This document shows, piece by piece, positions 26,645 to 36,496 of a stretch of DNA of 64,000 bases (the stretch's first letter is position 1; every line of letters starts with the position of its first letter). Below the pieces are notes generated by a model that saw only the letters and a list, made by a program, of their open reading frames with translations, did no database searches and was not told the DNA's origin. Position numbers and translations under genes: made by a program. This DNA comes from Bacteroidota bacterium (lineage in GTDB: Bacteria; Bacteroidota; Bacteroidia; UKL13-3). Location: positions 29,504-93,503 of the forward strand of contig CANGGG010000001.1 in assembly GCA_947453415.1 (NCBI GenBank), written 5' to 3'.

Positions 26645-27325
26645 ATGAGCCAAATTGTATTACAAGCCGAGGGCATTAACAAAAGTTTTCACGACCCCAT
26701 AACCATTCCTGTTTTAAAGGATATAATTTTTTCAATAAATAAAGGTGAATTTGTGTCGGTAATAGGAAAATCAGGCTGTGGCAAGTCTACTTTGCTTTAT
26801 ATACTTTCCACTATGGATACTGATTACGAAGGAAATTTGTTCATAGATGGCGAAAGCATGAAGCAGAAAAAAGAAGGTCAATTGGCGTTAGTTCGCAATG
26901 CTAAAATTGGTTTTGTATTTCAGTTTCATTATTTACTAAATGAGTTCAGTGTGCTTCGCAATGTGATGCTTCCAGGTTTAAAATTAGGCACTTATTCAGA
27001 ACAAGAAGTGGAGCACAGAGCTATGGAAAAATTGAAGATTTTAGGCATTGAAAATGAAGCGTTGAAAATGGCCAACCAGCTTTCGGGCGGACAGAAACAA
27101 CGCGTTGCCATTGCACGTGCATTAATCAATGATCCATTGATAATAATGGGCGATGAACCAACAGGAAATTTAGATAAAAAAAATGGCGAAATAGTGTTCA
27201 ATATCTTCCAAGAATTAGCCCATGAATTCAAACAAACTTTATTAATTGTAACCCACGATAATGAATTTGCCAAAAGCACCGACAGAATTATAGAAATGGA
27301 TGATGGAAGGATTATAAAATTATAG
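26645..27325 (+). CDS. ABC transporter ATP-binding protein (MacB/LolD-type)
   Basis: Walker A GKSGCGKST, signature LSGGQKQRVAIARAL, Walker B IIMGDEPTG. Confidence 0.95.
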   Translation: MSQIVLQAEGINKSFHDPITIPVLKDIIFSINKGEFVSVIGKSGCGKSTLLYILSTMDTDYEGNLFIDGESMKQKKEGQLALVRNAKIGFVFQFHYLLNEFSVLRNVMLPGLKLGTYSEQEVEHRAMEKLKILGIENEALKMANQLSGGQKQRVAIARALINDPLIIMGDEPTGNLDKKNGEIVFNIFQELAHEFKQTLLIVTHDNEFAKSTDRIIEMDDGRIIKL

Positions 27326-27448
27326 ATGTTGAATTTTGGATGATTTGTTGAAAGAAAGTTTGCCACAGATTACACAAATAGTACTAATTATTTTTTAATA
27401 ACTTAAGCTTTCAATTTTTAAATGGTTATAATACATTTAAAATTAAAT

Positions 27449-27488
27449 GTCACCCTGAGCTTAGTCCGATAGCTATCGAACGAAGGGC
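27449..27488. repeat. REP family R1 variant (GTCACCCTGAGC-TTAGTCCGATAGCTATCGAAC-GAAGGGC)
   Basis: It combines the GTCACCCTGAGC/GAAGGG arms with the CGATAGCTATCG palindrome also seen inside element A (24037-24052). R4-partial and R3 words precede it at 27328-27379. Confidence 0.75.
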
Positions 27489-27496
27489 AACATCTT

Positions 27497-28729
27497 TTAG
27501 CTTCTCGCAATAGCCATATCGGCAATGGTGTTACCAATACTTAAACTACTAGTGGCTGCAGGACTTGGTGCATTTAAAATATGAATGGCATTTGGTTCTT
27601 CTATAATTTTAAAATCATCAATTAAGCCGCCCCATTTATCGCAAGCTTGCGCCCTTACTCCTGCTTCTGCTGGAATTAAATCATCTTCTTGAATGGTTGG
27701 AACTAATTTTTGTAATGCTTTGGTAAATGCTGTTTTACTAAACGACCTATAAAATTCGCCTATTCCTGTTTTCCAATATTTAACCGCAACTTTTCTAAAT
27801 CCAGGCCAAGCAAGACTTTCCATGGTTTCAGTAAAATCAAAATCACTTTTTTCATAACCTTCGCGTTTAAAAGCAAACACAGCATTTGGCCCTGCTTCTA
27901 CTCCACCATCAATCATGCGAGTAAAATGCACACCTAAAAAAGGAAAATTAGGATCTGGAACAGGATAAATTAAGTTTTTTATTAAGTGCATTTTTTCGGG
28001 TTTTAGCATAAAATATTCACCCCTAAAAGGAATAATTCTAGTATCAATATTTTTGTTACTTAAAGCCGCAATTTTATCACTGTACAATCCTGCACAATTA
28101 ATGTATTGCTTGGCTTCGAATTCTTGCTGGCTAGTCATAATGGTTGCATATTCAGCATGGTTTTCTATTTTTTCAACCTTGTGATTTAAAAATATTTCAG
28201 CACCTTTTTCTGTTATAATTTCAGCTAATTTATTACAAACTACACTGTAATCAATAATGCCAGTATATGGCACATGTATGGCTTTTACACCACGTAAATT
28301 TGGTTCAAAATCCTTTATTCTATCTTTATCAATGATGGTGTTTTTAGTCAAACCATTTTCCAAACCACGGCTATACAGTTTATCTAATTCACCTATTTCA
28401 CTTTCATCAGATGCTACCACCAATTTGCCACATAAGTCAAATGGAATTTCATGTTCCGTGCAAAAATTAATCAACATTTGATAACCTTGCAAACAATTCT
28501 GTGCTTTTAAACTTCCTGGCTTATAATATAAACCTGAATGTATAACGCCACTATTATGCCCTGTTTGATGGATTGCTACATCATTTTCTTTTTCAATGAT
28601 TGCAATTTTTAAACTGCCTTTTTTTACTAATAATTGATAAGCTGTAGCTAACCCAACTATTCCTCCGCCTATGATAATGAAATCATATTTAAAATGTTTT
28701 TCCATCAGCTGAACGTAATTTTGATGCAA
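27497..28729 (-). CDS. lhgO: L-2-hydroxyglutarate oxidase (FAD-dependent oxidoreductase)
   Basis: YDFIIIGGGIVGLATAYQL dinucleotide fold, then HQTGHNSGVIHSGLYYKPGSLKA, typical of LhgO. The true start may be the ATG at 28705 (MEKHFKYD...). Confidence 0.8.
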   Translation of the reverse strand: MHQNYVQLMEKHFKYDFIIIGGGIVGLATAYQLLVKKGSLKIAIIEKENDVAIHQTGHNSGVIHSGLYYKPGSLKAQNCLQGYQMLINFCTEHEIPFDLCGKLVVASDESEIGELDKLYSRGLENGLTKNTIIDKDRIKDFEPNLRGVKAIHVPYTGIIDYSVVCNKLAEIITEKGAEIFLNHKVEKIENHAEYATIMTSQQEFEAKQYINCAGLYSDKIAALSNKNIDTRIIPFRGEYFMLKPEKMHLIKNLIYPVPDPNFPFLGVHFTRMIDGGVEAGPNAVFAFKREGYEKSDFDFTETMESLAWPGFRKVAVKYWKTGIGEFYRSFSKTAFTKALQKLVPTIQEDDLIPAEAGVRAQACDKWGGLIDDFKIIEEPNAIHILNAPSPAATSSLSIGNTIADMAIARS

Positions 28730-29933
28730 TAAATATACTTAACAAGGCCATTCCAATACTGAAATAACCTAAAATATCATAATGAACTAATTTACCGTTT
28801 ATGTTAGTTACTACAAAGCCAGCTAAAAAAGCTGCAACACCATTTGCTAATTGCTGAATTGAACTATTAAAACTCATGAAGCTTGCTCTAATTCTGGGTT
28901 CAACAGCACCTGTAACCATGGCTTGCATTGGAATAAATCGTCCTGAAAATACAAAGAAAATAGCCGAAACAGTTAGTACCATATAAATTGCCATAGGCTC
29001 CATATTGGTTATTAAATAAACAGGAATTACATACAATATCGCCAAAATAGTAAACATTTTTAGCTTACCATATTTATCCGATAATTTCCCAATAAGAGGA
29101 GAAGTAAATAATGTTAATCCACCACCAACTAAATATATTAAAGGTAAATCTTCCTCACGTAAACCAACATTACTCACCATATACGGACTAAGAAATGGAA
29201 TAATAGCAAAATGACCCATCATCATTACCACGCCAAATAACAAAGCCAATAAATTATTTCTATTATTAAAAATACCTTTTATATTTTGCATTACATTCAT
29301 TTCAAAAGCTGCTAATTGAGTAGCTTTTGATTGGTGAGGAACATATTTTCTTACTAAAAAATAAACAGGAATACCCAAAATTGCTAGAAACAAAAAAGGA
29401 GCATGCCAACCTAAATAACTAATTTGTTTTGTTTGTGTTGCAATAAAAATTCCAAATGGCACTCCTATGACAGATGCAATGCTAAAAGCCGCCATAATGA
29501 TTCCCATGGCTCTTCCTCTGCGTTCGAATGGAACGGCATCACTAACAATGGCTAAAATGATTGCGCCAAGCACACCACCAAATAATCCAGTTACAAAACG
29601 CGCAATTAATAAAGTAGCATAAGTTGGAGCCAATCCGCAGGCAAAAGTTCCAATTAAAAAACCAATAAAAATACGCATCAAATAATTTTTTCGTTCAAAT
29701 TTATTGATAATAAAAGTAGTGATAATTCCGGAGATAAAAGCACTTATAGAATAGGAAGAAACTAATAATCCAAAATCGGAAGGTTCAATTCCAAATCGTG
29801 AAATTAGGCTTGGACCGAGGGGCATCATGATCATAAAATCCATGATATTTACAAATTGGATAGCACCCAAAGTGTATAACATTATTCTTTCTGTTTTATT
29901 CATTTTATTTTTTCTGCAGGCTTCTTGCCGCAT
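28689..29933 (-). CDS. MFS transporter
   Basis: About 12 predicted TM segments and a glycine-rich TM pattern. The probable start is the internal ATG at 29903 (MNKTERIMLY...). Confidence 0.8.
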   Translation of the reverse strand: MRQEACRKNKMNKTERIMLYTLGAIQFVNIMDFMIMMPLGPSLISRFGIEPSDFGLLVSSYSISAFISGIITTFIINKFERKNYLMRIFIGFLIGTFACGLAPTYATLLIARFVTGLFGGVLGAIILAIVSDAVPFERRGRAMGIIMAAFSIASVIGVPFGIFIATQTKQISYLGWHAPFLFLAILGIPVYFLVRKYVPHQSKATQLAAFEMNVMQNIKGIFNNRNNLLALLFGVVMMMGHFAIIPFLSPYMVSNVGLREEDLPLIYLVGGGLTLFTSPLIGKLSDKYGKLKMFTILAILYVIPVYLITNMEPMAIYMVLTVSAIFFVFSGRFIPMQAMVTGAVEPRIRASFMSFNSSIQQLANGVAAFLAGFVVTNINGKLVHYDILGYFSIGMALLSIFIASKLRSADGKTF

Positions 29934-29975
29934 GCTTCTAATTATTTTATTTATAAAGGACTAAAATATCAAGTT

Positions 29976-30746
29976 TTATTTGCTTCCAAATCCTTGCATT
30001 TTTATTTTAGTTAATTTTCGTTTGGTGTCTAGCGAAAAATCGTTATTCATCATCCATTGATAATAACCCGGTTCATTTTTAAATACAAAACTTACCATTT
30101 TGCCTTTATGTTTTCCAAAATTAAAAATTTCATTTCCATTATCATCATAAATCATTCTACCAGCCAAATCAACTAAATTAGCTTGTCCGCTTGCTTTATG
30201 CAATGACTCCATATCGTTTCCAAGACCTTCGTATTTAACAATTTGGGCTTTTAAAACTTCTAAAGTTGCAATGGTATCTGCTTCCGCGCTATGTGCATTT
30301 TCTAAATTTTTATCGCAGTAAAACTTAAAAGCAGCGCTTAAAGTTCTTTGTTCCATTTGATGAAAAATACGTTGAACATCTACAAATTTTCTGCCTTCTG
30401 TTTCAAAATCAACTTCTGCACGCAGCATTTCTTCTACCAACATTGGAAAGTCAAATTTGTTTGAATTAAACCCACCAAAATCACAGCCTTTAAAATATTC
30501 GGCATATTCTTTTGCGTTTTCTGCAAAAGTTGGCATGTCTTTAACATCTTCATCAAAAATTCCATGAATTGCAGATACCTCGGCTGGAATTGAAATGGTT
30601 GGGTTGAACCTTTGTGTTCTGATTTCTTCTGTTCCGTCAACACTAATTTTTATAGTTGCCATTTCCACAATCCTATCGGTAGATATGCTAATTCCTGTAG
30701 TTTCTAAATCAAAGATAACTAAAGGACGTTTTAAATTTAAGGTCAT
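29976..30746 (-). CDS. DnaQ/DEDD-family 3'-5' exonuclease with an ExoX-like C-terminal domain
   Basis: Exo I motif VIFDLETTG, HSAEADT (Exo III), C-terminal GKHKGKMVSFVFKNEPGYYQWMM. Confidence 0.8.
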   Translation of the reverse strand: MTLNLKRPLVIFDLETTGISISTDRIVEMATIKISVDGTEEIRTQRFNPTISIPAEVSAIHGIFDEDVKDMPTFAENAKEYAEYFKGCDFGGFNSNKFDFPMLVEEMLRAEVDFETEGRKFVDVQRIFHQMEQRTLSAAFKFYCDKNLENAHSAEADTIATLEVLKAQIVKYEGLGNDMESLHKASGQANLVDLAGRMIYDDNGNEIFNFGKHKGKMVSFVFKNEPGYYQWMMNNDFSLDTKRKLTKIKMQGFGSK

Positions 30747-30871
30747 ATTTTTTCAGTAAAATTTCATTGCAATAAACACAATGTTTAAAAATACTTATAA
30801 GCCATTTTTAAACAAAAAATGCAGGGTCAATGAACTCCTGCATTTTCAAAATTACCAACAAAAAGAATTGG

Positions 30872-31480
30872 TTAATATTCATCAAATCCACCAATTGTGG
30901 GTTCAGCTGGTCCTTCTTCATCATTGCTATCAGTATTTTTTTCAAACAATCCAAATTCATCGGCTTCATCATCGCTAATTTCTGCACCAAATTCTTCTGC
31001 TTTATCTAAATAAGATTTTGTGATTTCATCAAATTCACTTTCTATCAAACCAAATTTTTGAACTTTATCATATTGTTTTGGAGCCAACCCAACCGACTTT
31101 CCAATTCTTGGATAAGTGAATTTAGGATTTTCATTTATATCTATTCCAAAAAGCTCTAATCTCATAGTCCATAAAGCCATAAAATCATACACATAAATAA
31201 TTTTTTGGTGTGGGTCATTGATGTATTGACTAAGCTTCGCATTTTTCATTTCAGGAATAGGATTTTCAGGATCGTCAGTCATGTCTTCTAAAGTAATTTC
31301 TTGGTTTTTACGCCAAGTGTCATTACTCATATAAAATGATGCTAATTGCTTTTGATCAAACATAATTGATTCTAAAATGATTTTATGAAAATCTAGAAAT
31401 ACTTGATTAGATTTTATTTCAATTACTCGATAGGTGTCTTCGTAATCTTCAAATGTTAGTTTAAATTTATATACAGCCAT
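30872..31480 (-). CDS. Hypothetical protein with an MM3350-like (pRiA4b ORF-3-like) N-terminal domain and an acidic tail
   Basis: VYKFKLTFED...RVIEIKSNQVFLDFHKIILESI...IIYVYDFMALWTMRLELFGI resembles the MM3350-like pattern. The C-terminus is D/E-rich. Confidence 0.5.
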   Translation of the reverse strand: MAVYKFKLTFEDYEDTYRVIEIKSNQVFLDFHKIILESIMFDQKQLASFYMSNDTWRKNQEITLEDMTDDPENPIPEMKNAKLSQYINDPHQKIIYVYDFMALWTMRLELFGIDINENPKFTYPRIGKSVGLAPKQYDKVQKFGLIESEFDEITKSYLDKAEEFGAEISDDEADEFGLFEKNTDSNDEEGPAEPTIGGFDEY

Positions 31481-31548
31481 TGTGTTTTATTTCTTTGCAA
31501 ATTTGATGTATTTAATACAAATTACAAAGTGTATTTTACATAAAAAAA

Positions 31549-31572
31549 GAGGTTCATCTGAATGAACCTCTT
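31549..31572 (-). terminator. Hairpin terminator after the OmpA-family gene
   Basis: AGAGGTTCAT-CTGA-ATGAACCTCT, flanked by A- and T-runs. Confidence 0.75.
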
Positions 31573-31596
31573 TTTTTAAATTCTTATAAATCAATT

Positions 31597-33102
31597 TTAC
31601 TGTTGTTTTCTAATTAATCTAAATTCTGCTTTTCTGTCTAATCCTTCAGTTTGCATTTTGTATTTTTTTACAAAAGTATCACGTTCACTAAAAATAAGAA
31701 TCCTATTACTTTCAATTTCATAAATTTTAACTAATTGACGTTTAACAGCTAAGGCTCTTTTTTCAGCAATTGTTAATTGGGTTAAGTCTGGCTTATTATT
31801 GTCAGCGTGACCAATAATAGCAACGCTTACAGAAGTATCTATTCTCATAATTCTAGCTATTTGTTGTAATAAAGGATATTGTTCTACAAGAACATCATAT
31901 TTATTTGGAGCAAAAGTTATAATTGGTAAGCCATATCCATCAGTATTTAAAGTTATAAAATCAGAAACTGGAATTGAATCAGAAAACTTCATCACATCTG
32001 TTGTTGTTTTAACTTTAAATGTTTCTGCAGGATAATAAAGGCTCAACATTTGATTAAATCCATAAGGATCGGTATCCTCAGTATCGGGAATACCATCTGC
32101 ATCGCTATCAAGTGTAACACCTTTTACACTAACTTTATAACCAGCTTTTGTGTTTTGTTCTAAATCTAAATAATCAGGAATTCCATCAGCATCAGCATCG
32201 TTTTTCAACAAATTGGTAGCTGCTGTTGCTTTTTTAGCTAAATCATCATACATATTATTAACAGGATTCACCCAATCTATGTGTTCAGCTCTTTTACTTC
32301 CTGTAAAATTATATGATAGTCCAAACATAAAATTTCCATATACATCTGGAAATTTCAATTGATCTTCAAATAAATCTAAAAAGTCGGATTTATTTAAATG
32401 AAGAACTCCCTCAATTCCTAAATCAAACGATTTGTTTAACTTAAATTTCAATCCTAAACCAACTGGAACAGATACATTGACATTTGTATTAATAATTCTT
32501 GCGGTATCCTGACCAACAATAAATCTTTTATCAGTAATGGCATCATTGAAATTTACCGATACACCAGAAAAAAAGTAAAATATAGTATTTGGATTCTTTT
32601 TTCTATAATTAATACCACCTAAATTAAACATTCCATGAACTGCTATTTGTGTTATATTATTTACAAATCCAAGTGCATTTTTAAAGCCTCTATCGTTTCT
32701 GCCTGAATAAACACCATACAATCCTTGAAGTCTAATTGAACCAACATGTCCGAAAGAGTATTTTAAACTTCCACCAATGATTGGGCTAAAAACATCTTGA
32801 TCAATATCAAACATAGTATAAGTTCCACCATAATTTAATGCAAATGCCCATTTACTCATTTTAACATTACTAAACATATTGGAATCAATTTTTGATACCA
32901 ATGTAGTATTTGTTTTTGAAGCTAATGAGGTATTTTTTGACGCCTTAGCATTAGTGCTTTTAACTGTTTTTACAGCAGTGCTTTTAGGTTTAGTAACAGC
33001 GGTACTTTTAACTGTTTTACTTGGTTGCGTTGCTGGCTTTTTTGATTGAGCAACTGAAAATTTTGCAACCAAACAAATAAGTATAATAAAGATGTTTTTC
33101 AT
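31597..33102 (-). CDS. OmpA-family outer membrane protein with thrombospondin type-3 (Ca-binding) repeats
   Basis: Signal peptide and an N-terminal beta-barrel-like region. DADADGIPDYLD and DSDADGIPDTEDTDP repeats. C-terminal OmpA-like domain (...IIGHADNNKPD...AEKRALAVKRQL...). Confidence 0.85.
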   Translation of the reverse strand: MKNIFIILICLVAKFSVAQSKKPATQPSKTVKSTAVTKPKSTAVKTVKSTNAKASKNTSLASKTNTTLVSKIDSNMFSNVKMSKWAFALNYGGTYTMFDIDQDVFSPIIGGSLKYSFGHVGSIRLQGLYGVYSGRNDRGFKNALGFVNNITQIAVHGMFNLGGINYRKKNPNTIFYFFSGVSVNFNDAITDKRFIVGQDTARIINTNVNVSVPVGLGLKFKLNKSFDLGIEGVLHLNKSDFLDLFEDQLKFPDVYGNFMFGLSYNFTGSKRAEHIDWVNPVNNMYDDLAKKATAATNLLKNDADADGIPDYLDLEQNTKAGYKVSVKGVTLDSDADGIPDTEDTDPYGFNQMLSLYYPAETFKVKTTTDVMKFSDSIPVSDFITLNTDGYGLPIITFAPNKYDVLVEQYPLLQQIARIMRIDTSVSVAIIGHADNNKPDLTQLTIAEKRALAVKRQLVKIYEIESNRILIFSERDTFVKKYKMQTEGLDRKAEFRLIRKQQ

Positions 33103-33155
33103 TGTAAAAATGTTTAAAATTTGAATATGCTAAATTACAATTTAGTATATAAAAT

Positions 33156-33177
33156 AAAAGCCCCAAAAGGGGCTTTT
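33156..33177 (-). terminator. Hairpin terminator after the SPOR-domain OM protein gene
   Basis: AAAAGCCCC-AAAA-GGGGCTTTT. Confidence 0.75.
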
Positions 33178-33186
33178 ATCTACATA

Positions 33187-35184
33187 TTATTGTTTATTGT
33201 ACAAATAAAGCCAAGAAGCGGGGTCAATTTCTCTCCTTGATTTTCTTAACATTTTCATTGCTGAATTTTCATCTTGGGTAGTTAAAGTAATTACCCTAAA
33301 GTATTTTGAATCTTTTGATAAATATATTTTAGCTTTAAAACCAATTCGGTTTATTTTATTTTTAAACCTTATTGCTGTTTTTAATTTATTAACGCTATAA
33401 CATCCAACCACCACATTATATATAAATTCAGGTTCTGTAATAGAGGTATCAACTAAATATTGGGTTGGTTCATCAAATTTAATTGGTTCAACTACTTTAA
33501 TTGGTTCAACTACTTTAATTGGCTCAACTACTTTAATTGGTTCAACTACTTTTATTGGTTCAACTACTTTAATTGGTTCGACTATTTTTATTGGTTCAAC
33601 TTCCTTAATTGGTTCAACTATTTTGATTGGCTCAACTATTTTTATTGAATCAATTATTTTGGGAACATCTAAAACCTTTGGAACATCTACAACCTTTGGA
33701 ACATCTACAACCTTGGGAACGTCTACAACCTTAGGTAAACTAATTACCGGTATTTGATCAATGGCAACTTCATTAGTTTTATTTCTAGGGAAAATATAAT
33801 TAGCATAACTCCAATCAACTAATTCCCTTTTATTACTTGTAGAAAACTTATATGAAATACCTGCATTAATATAGAAGTGTGTATTTAAATCATTTGTAGC
33901 TCCTACACCATCTATATAATAAGATTGATTATAGTTATAATCTATTCCAGCTAAAAAGTCCCAAGATGAATTGATATGCTTTCTGGCTTGTGCACCATAA
34001 ACAAAATTATTAGTTCCTTTATTATAAGTTACATTTCCTTTTGTGTTATCTGCGTATACTACATCTGCTGAATAATATAAAAATCCACCACCAATTACCG
34101 CATAATAATTCCAACTATTTAAATTTTCTGGTTCTCTTAATAAAACTGGTTCAGAGAAAATTCTTCTTAAATTAAATAATCCTCTAAGAGTAACTTGACT
34201 CATAGTAGTATTGAAACTTTTAAAATTTGAAGGATCTGCAATAACACCAGAAATAGTGCTTTCTGTAGTATGATCTCCAGCTAAAGTTCCATAATTATAA
34301 GTAGCTTGTACCGATATGAATTTATTGATTGAATACCGAACTCCAAGTCCGCCCATTCCAGTTGGATTATAGCCTATAGGTGAAGTTAAATATGGTAAAC
34401 CTAAATTTAAATCAGCACTCCAATGAGCATAATCTTTTTTTGTAGTAGTTTTATCATTATTCTTTTCACCAATTTTATTTTTTGACTCCCAATCAGCTAA
34501 ATTTTTACTTGATTTTGCGCCTAATTTATACGAAACTCCAAAACTAGTATTTAAATATGTATCTAATTTTTTATCGTCATATGCACCATCCATGAAATAA
34601 GTTTGCACATGATTGTATTCACTTGAAACATTTAAGTCGAAAGATGGATTTAAATAATATCGAACCCCCAAACCCATTTGAATAATATTCATTTGTCTAG
34701 ACCCATAAGTTGTAAAAGAAGAATTTGAATTCTTATCACTGGTTCCATTAATTCTTAGTATATTTAAATCCCAAAACTGAAAACTACCACCTAAAGTAGC
34801 GTAAGGCATAAACTTAGAATTGGTTAAACCCAATAAATTACTCATATTGAATTGTAGGCTTCCGCCCAAATCGTAAAAAGAATTTTTATAACTAGCTACA
34901 TCACTTGCTAATCCGCCTGATGGACTTAGTATTCCTGGGGCATTTCCTGTTTTTGCTTGAAATGTTTTTGAAGCAAAACGCGCAGCAATTGACCAGTTTT
35001 TATTCATTGAATACCTTAATCCAGCTTGATAAATTGCAGTAAAATCTGGCGAAATGGTAAAAAAAGTAACTGGAATGCCTAATGAAAAATCGGCACTTAA
35101 TTTTGTTGAATTTTGAGCATTTGTATGTGTAACAAACAAAATACTCAAAACAAGAAATGATATTTGTTTTAAATGAATTTTCAT
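33187..35184 (-). CDS. Outer-membrane beta-barrel protein with a Pro/Val/Lys tandem-repeat linker and a C-terminal SPOR (peptidoglycan-binding) domain
   Basis: Signal peptide ...THTNAQ and two barrel-like halves rich in aromatic-x motifs. Repeats are (PKVVDV)x4 and (EPIKVV)x~10. The C-terminal YNVVVGCYSVNKLKTAIRFKNKI...FRVITLTTQDENSAMKMLRK is SPOR-like. Confidence 0.75.
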   Translation of the reverse strand: MKIHLKQISFLVLSILFVTHTNAQNSTKLSADFSLGIPVTFFTISPDFTAIYQAGLRYSMNKNWSIAARFASKTFQAKTGNAPGILSPSGGLASDVASYKNSFYDLGGSLQFNMSNLLGLTNSKFMPYATLGGSFQFWDLNILRINGTSDKNSNSSFTTYGSRQMNIIQMGLGVRYYLNPSFDLNVSSEYNHVQTYFMDGAYDDKKLDTYLNTSFGVSYKLGAKSSKNLADWESKNKIGEKNNDKTTTKKDYAHWSADLNLGLPYLTSPIGYNPTGMGGLGVRYSINKFISVQATYNYGTLAGDHTTESTISGVIADPSNFKSFNTTMSQVTLRGLFNLRRIFSEPVLLREPENLNSWNYYAVIGGGFLYYSADVVYADNTKGNVTYNKGTNNFVYGAQARKHINSSWDFLAGIDYNYNQSYYIDGVGATNDLNTHFYINAGISYKFSTSNKRELVDWSYANYIFPRNKTNEVAIDQIPVISLPKVVDVPKVVDVPKVVDVPKVLDVPKIIDSIKIVEPIKIVEPIKEVEPIKIVEPIKVVEPIKVVEPIKVVEPIKVVEPIKVVEPIKFDEPTQYLVDTSITEPEFIYNVVVGCYSVNKLKTAIRFKNKINRIGFKAKIYLSKDSKYFRVITLTTQDENSAMKMLRKSRREIDPASWLYLYNKQ
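33470..33735 (-). repeat. Coding 18-bp tandem repeats (~14 units, two subfamilies)
   Basis: GGTTCAACTACTTTAATT-type units lie at ~33470-33650 and GGAACATCTACAACCTTT-type units at ~33660-33735. Confidence 0.9.
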
Positions 35185-35336
35185 GATATTATTGTATCAA
35201 ATTATATTTTAACACATTTTATTTAGGTGCGAAGCTACTTTATTTTTTTAAATTAAAAAATAATTTACATTTATTAATTATTGCTTTTATTGTTTTAAAA
35301 TAAAATATTTGAAAATTAATTTGAAAATTATTTAAA

Positions 35337-35846
35337 ATGAATTCAAATTCCAGTAATAAAAACAATAATATAGCCAATGTATATGTGGCTTTAGATAATA
35401 TTAGAAGCGCACAAAATGTAGGTTCATTTTTCAGAACATGCGATTCATTAGGTGTGGATAAGATTTTTCTATGTGGAATAACTTCTGTGCCTCCAAATAA
35501 AGAAATATTAAAAACTGCATTAGGTGCCACAGAATCTGTACTATGGGAGCATTTTGAAAACACATCTCAATGCCTTGAATTACTCAGAAAAAAAGGATTT
35601 AAAATAATTTGTATTGAACAAACCGAAAAAAGTTTAATGTTAGACAATTACGAATTTAATTTAGATGAAAACATATGTTTGGTTTTTGGTAATGAAATTG
35701 AAGGCGTTAATAAAGATATAATAGAAATGGCCGATGATTGTGTTGAAATACCTCAGCTAGGAAGTAAACATTCATTAAATGTTTCGGTAGCAGGCGGAAT
35801 TGTAATATGGGATTTACTAAGTAGAAAACTAAGAAGAAAAATTTAA
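35337..35846 (+). CDS. SpoU/TrmH-family RNA 2'-O-methyltransferase
   Basis: LDNIRSAQNVGSFFRTCDSLG, LVFGNEIEGV, IPQLGSKHSLNVSVAGGIVIWD (SPOUT knot motifs). Confidence 0.85.
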   Translation: MNSNSSNKNNNIANVYVALDNIRSAQNVGSFFRTCDSLGVDKIFLCGITSVPPNKEILKTALGATESVLWEHFENTSQCLELLRKKGFKIICIEQTEKSLMLDNYEFNLDENICLVFGNEIEGVNKDIIEMADDCVEIPQLGSKHSLNVSVAGGIVIWDLLSRKLRRKI

Positions 35847-35914
35847 AGATTTATTTGATAAAAAATTTTTTTTTCATTTTTTTAATTTTAAGGAATTAAT
35901 ATTGCAAATAAAAA

Positions 35915-36496
35915 ATGACAAAACAAGCAATCAAAAATGGCGTGAAGTACAAATTAAAAAAACTAATCAATTTTTTTCTCAAGGGATTATTAGTTTGTCT
36001 TCCTATTTTACTTACCTATTATGTTGTTTCAAGCGTTGTGCTTTCCGTTGACAAAATTATTCCAATTAACATTCCAGGAATTGGTTTTATAGTTGTAATA
36101 GTTGGGGTTACTTTAATAGGTTGGGTGGGTTCAAGTATTATTTCAAAGCCACTTTTCAATTTAATTGATGATTTTCTATCGAGTTTACCCTTTATAAAAA
36201 TAATTTACACCTCTGTTAAAGATTTAATGGAGGCTTTTGTTGGTGAAAAGAAAAAATTTTCAAAACCAGTAATAGTAGAATTTACAGAAGGTGTATACAA
36301 GCCGGGGTTTATTACACAAGATGATTTGTTTGAAATAAATTTACCAGGATTAGTTGGTGTTTATTTTCCCCATTCATATGCATTTAGTGGAAACTTGTTT
36401 TTTATTGATAAAGCTAAAATAAAAGCATACGATGGAAACCCAACTGATTTTATGAAGTTTATAGTTAGTGGCGGAGTTACCGAAATTGGAAACTAA
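35915..36496 (+). CDS. DUF502-family membrane protein
   Basis: Two N-terminal TM helices (GLLVCLPILLTYYV...; IGFIVVIVGVTLIGW), a conserved-looking LPFIKIIYTSVKD, and C-terminal ...FIVSGGVT. Confidence 0.6.
   Translation: MTKQAIKNGVKYKLKKLINFFLKGLLVCLPILLTYYVVSSVVLSVDKIIPINIPGIGFIVVIVGVTLIGWVGSSIISKPLFNLIDDFLSSLPFIKIIYTSVKDLMEAFVGEKKKFSKPVIVEFTEGVYKPGFITQDDLFEINLPGLVGVYFPHSYAFSGNLFFIDKAKIKAYDGNPTDFMKFIVSGGVTEIGN

Noticed and set aside
30781-30990. Two 60-65 aa ORFs at the 3' end of the 30872..31480 gene.
   Set aside because: They overlap each other and the acidic tail of the longer gene. They have low-complexity Q/H/L-rich translations and no independent signals.
35240-35563. 107-aa minus-strand ORF.
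   Set aside because: It overlaps the well-supported SpoU methyltransferase gene (35337..35846) on the opposite strand. It has low-complexity, AT-driven composition and no recognisable motif.
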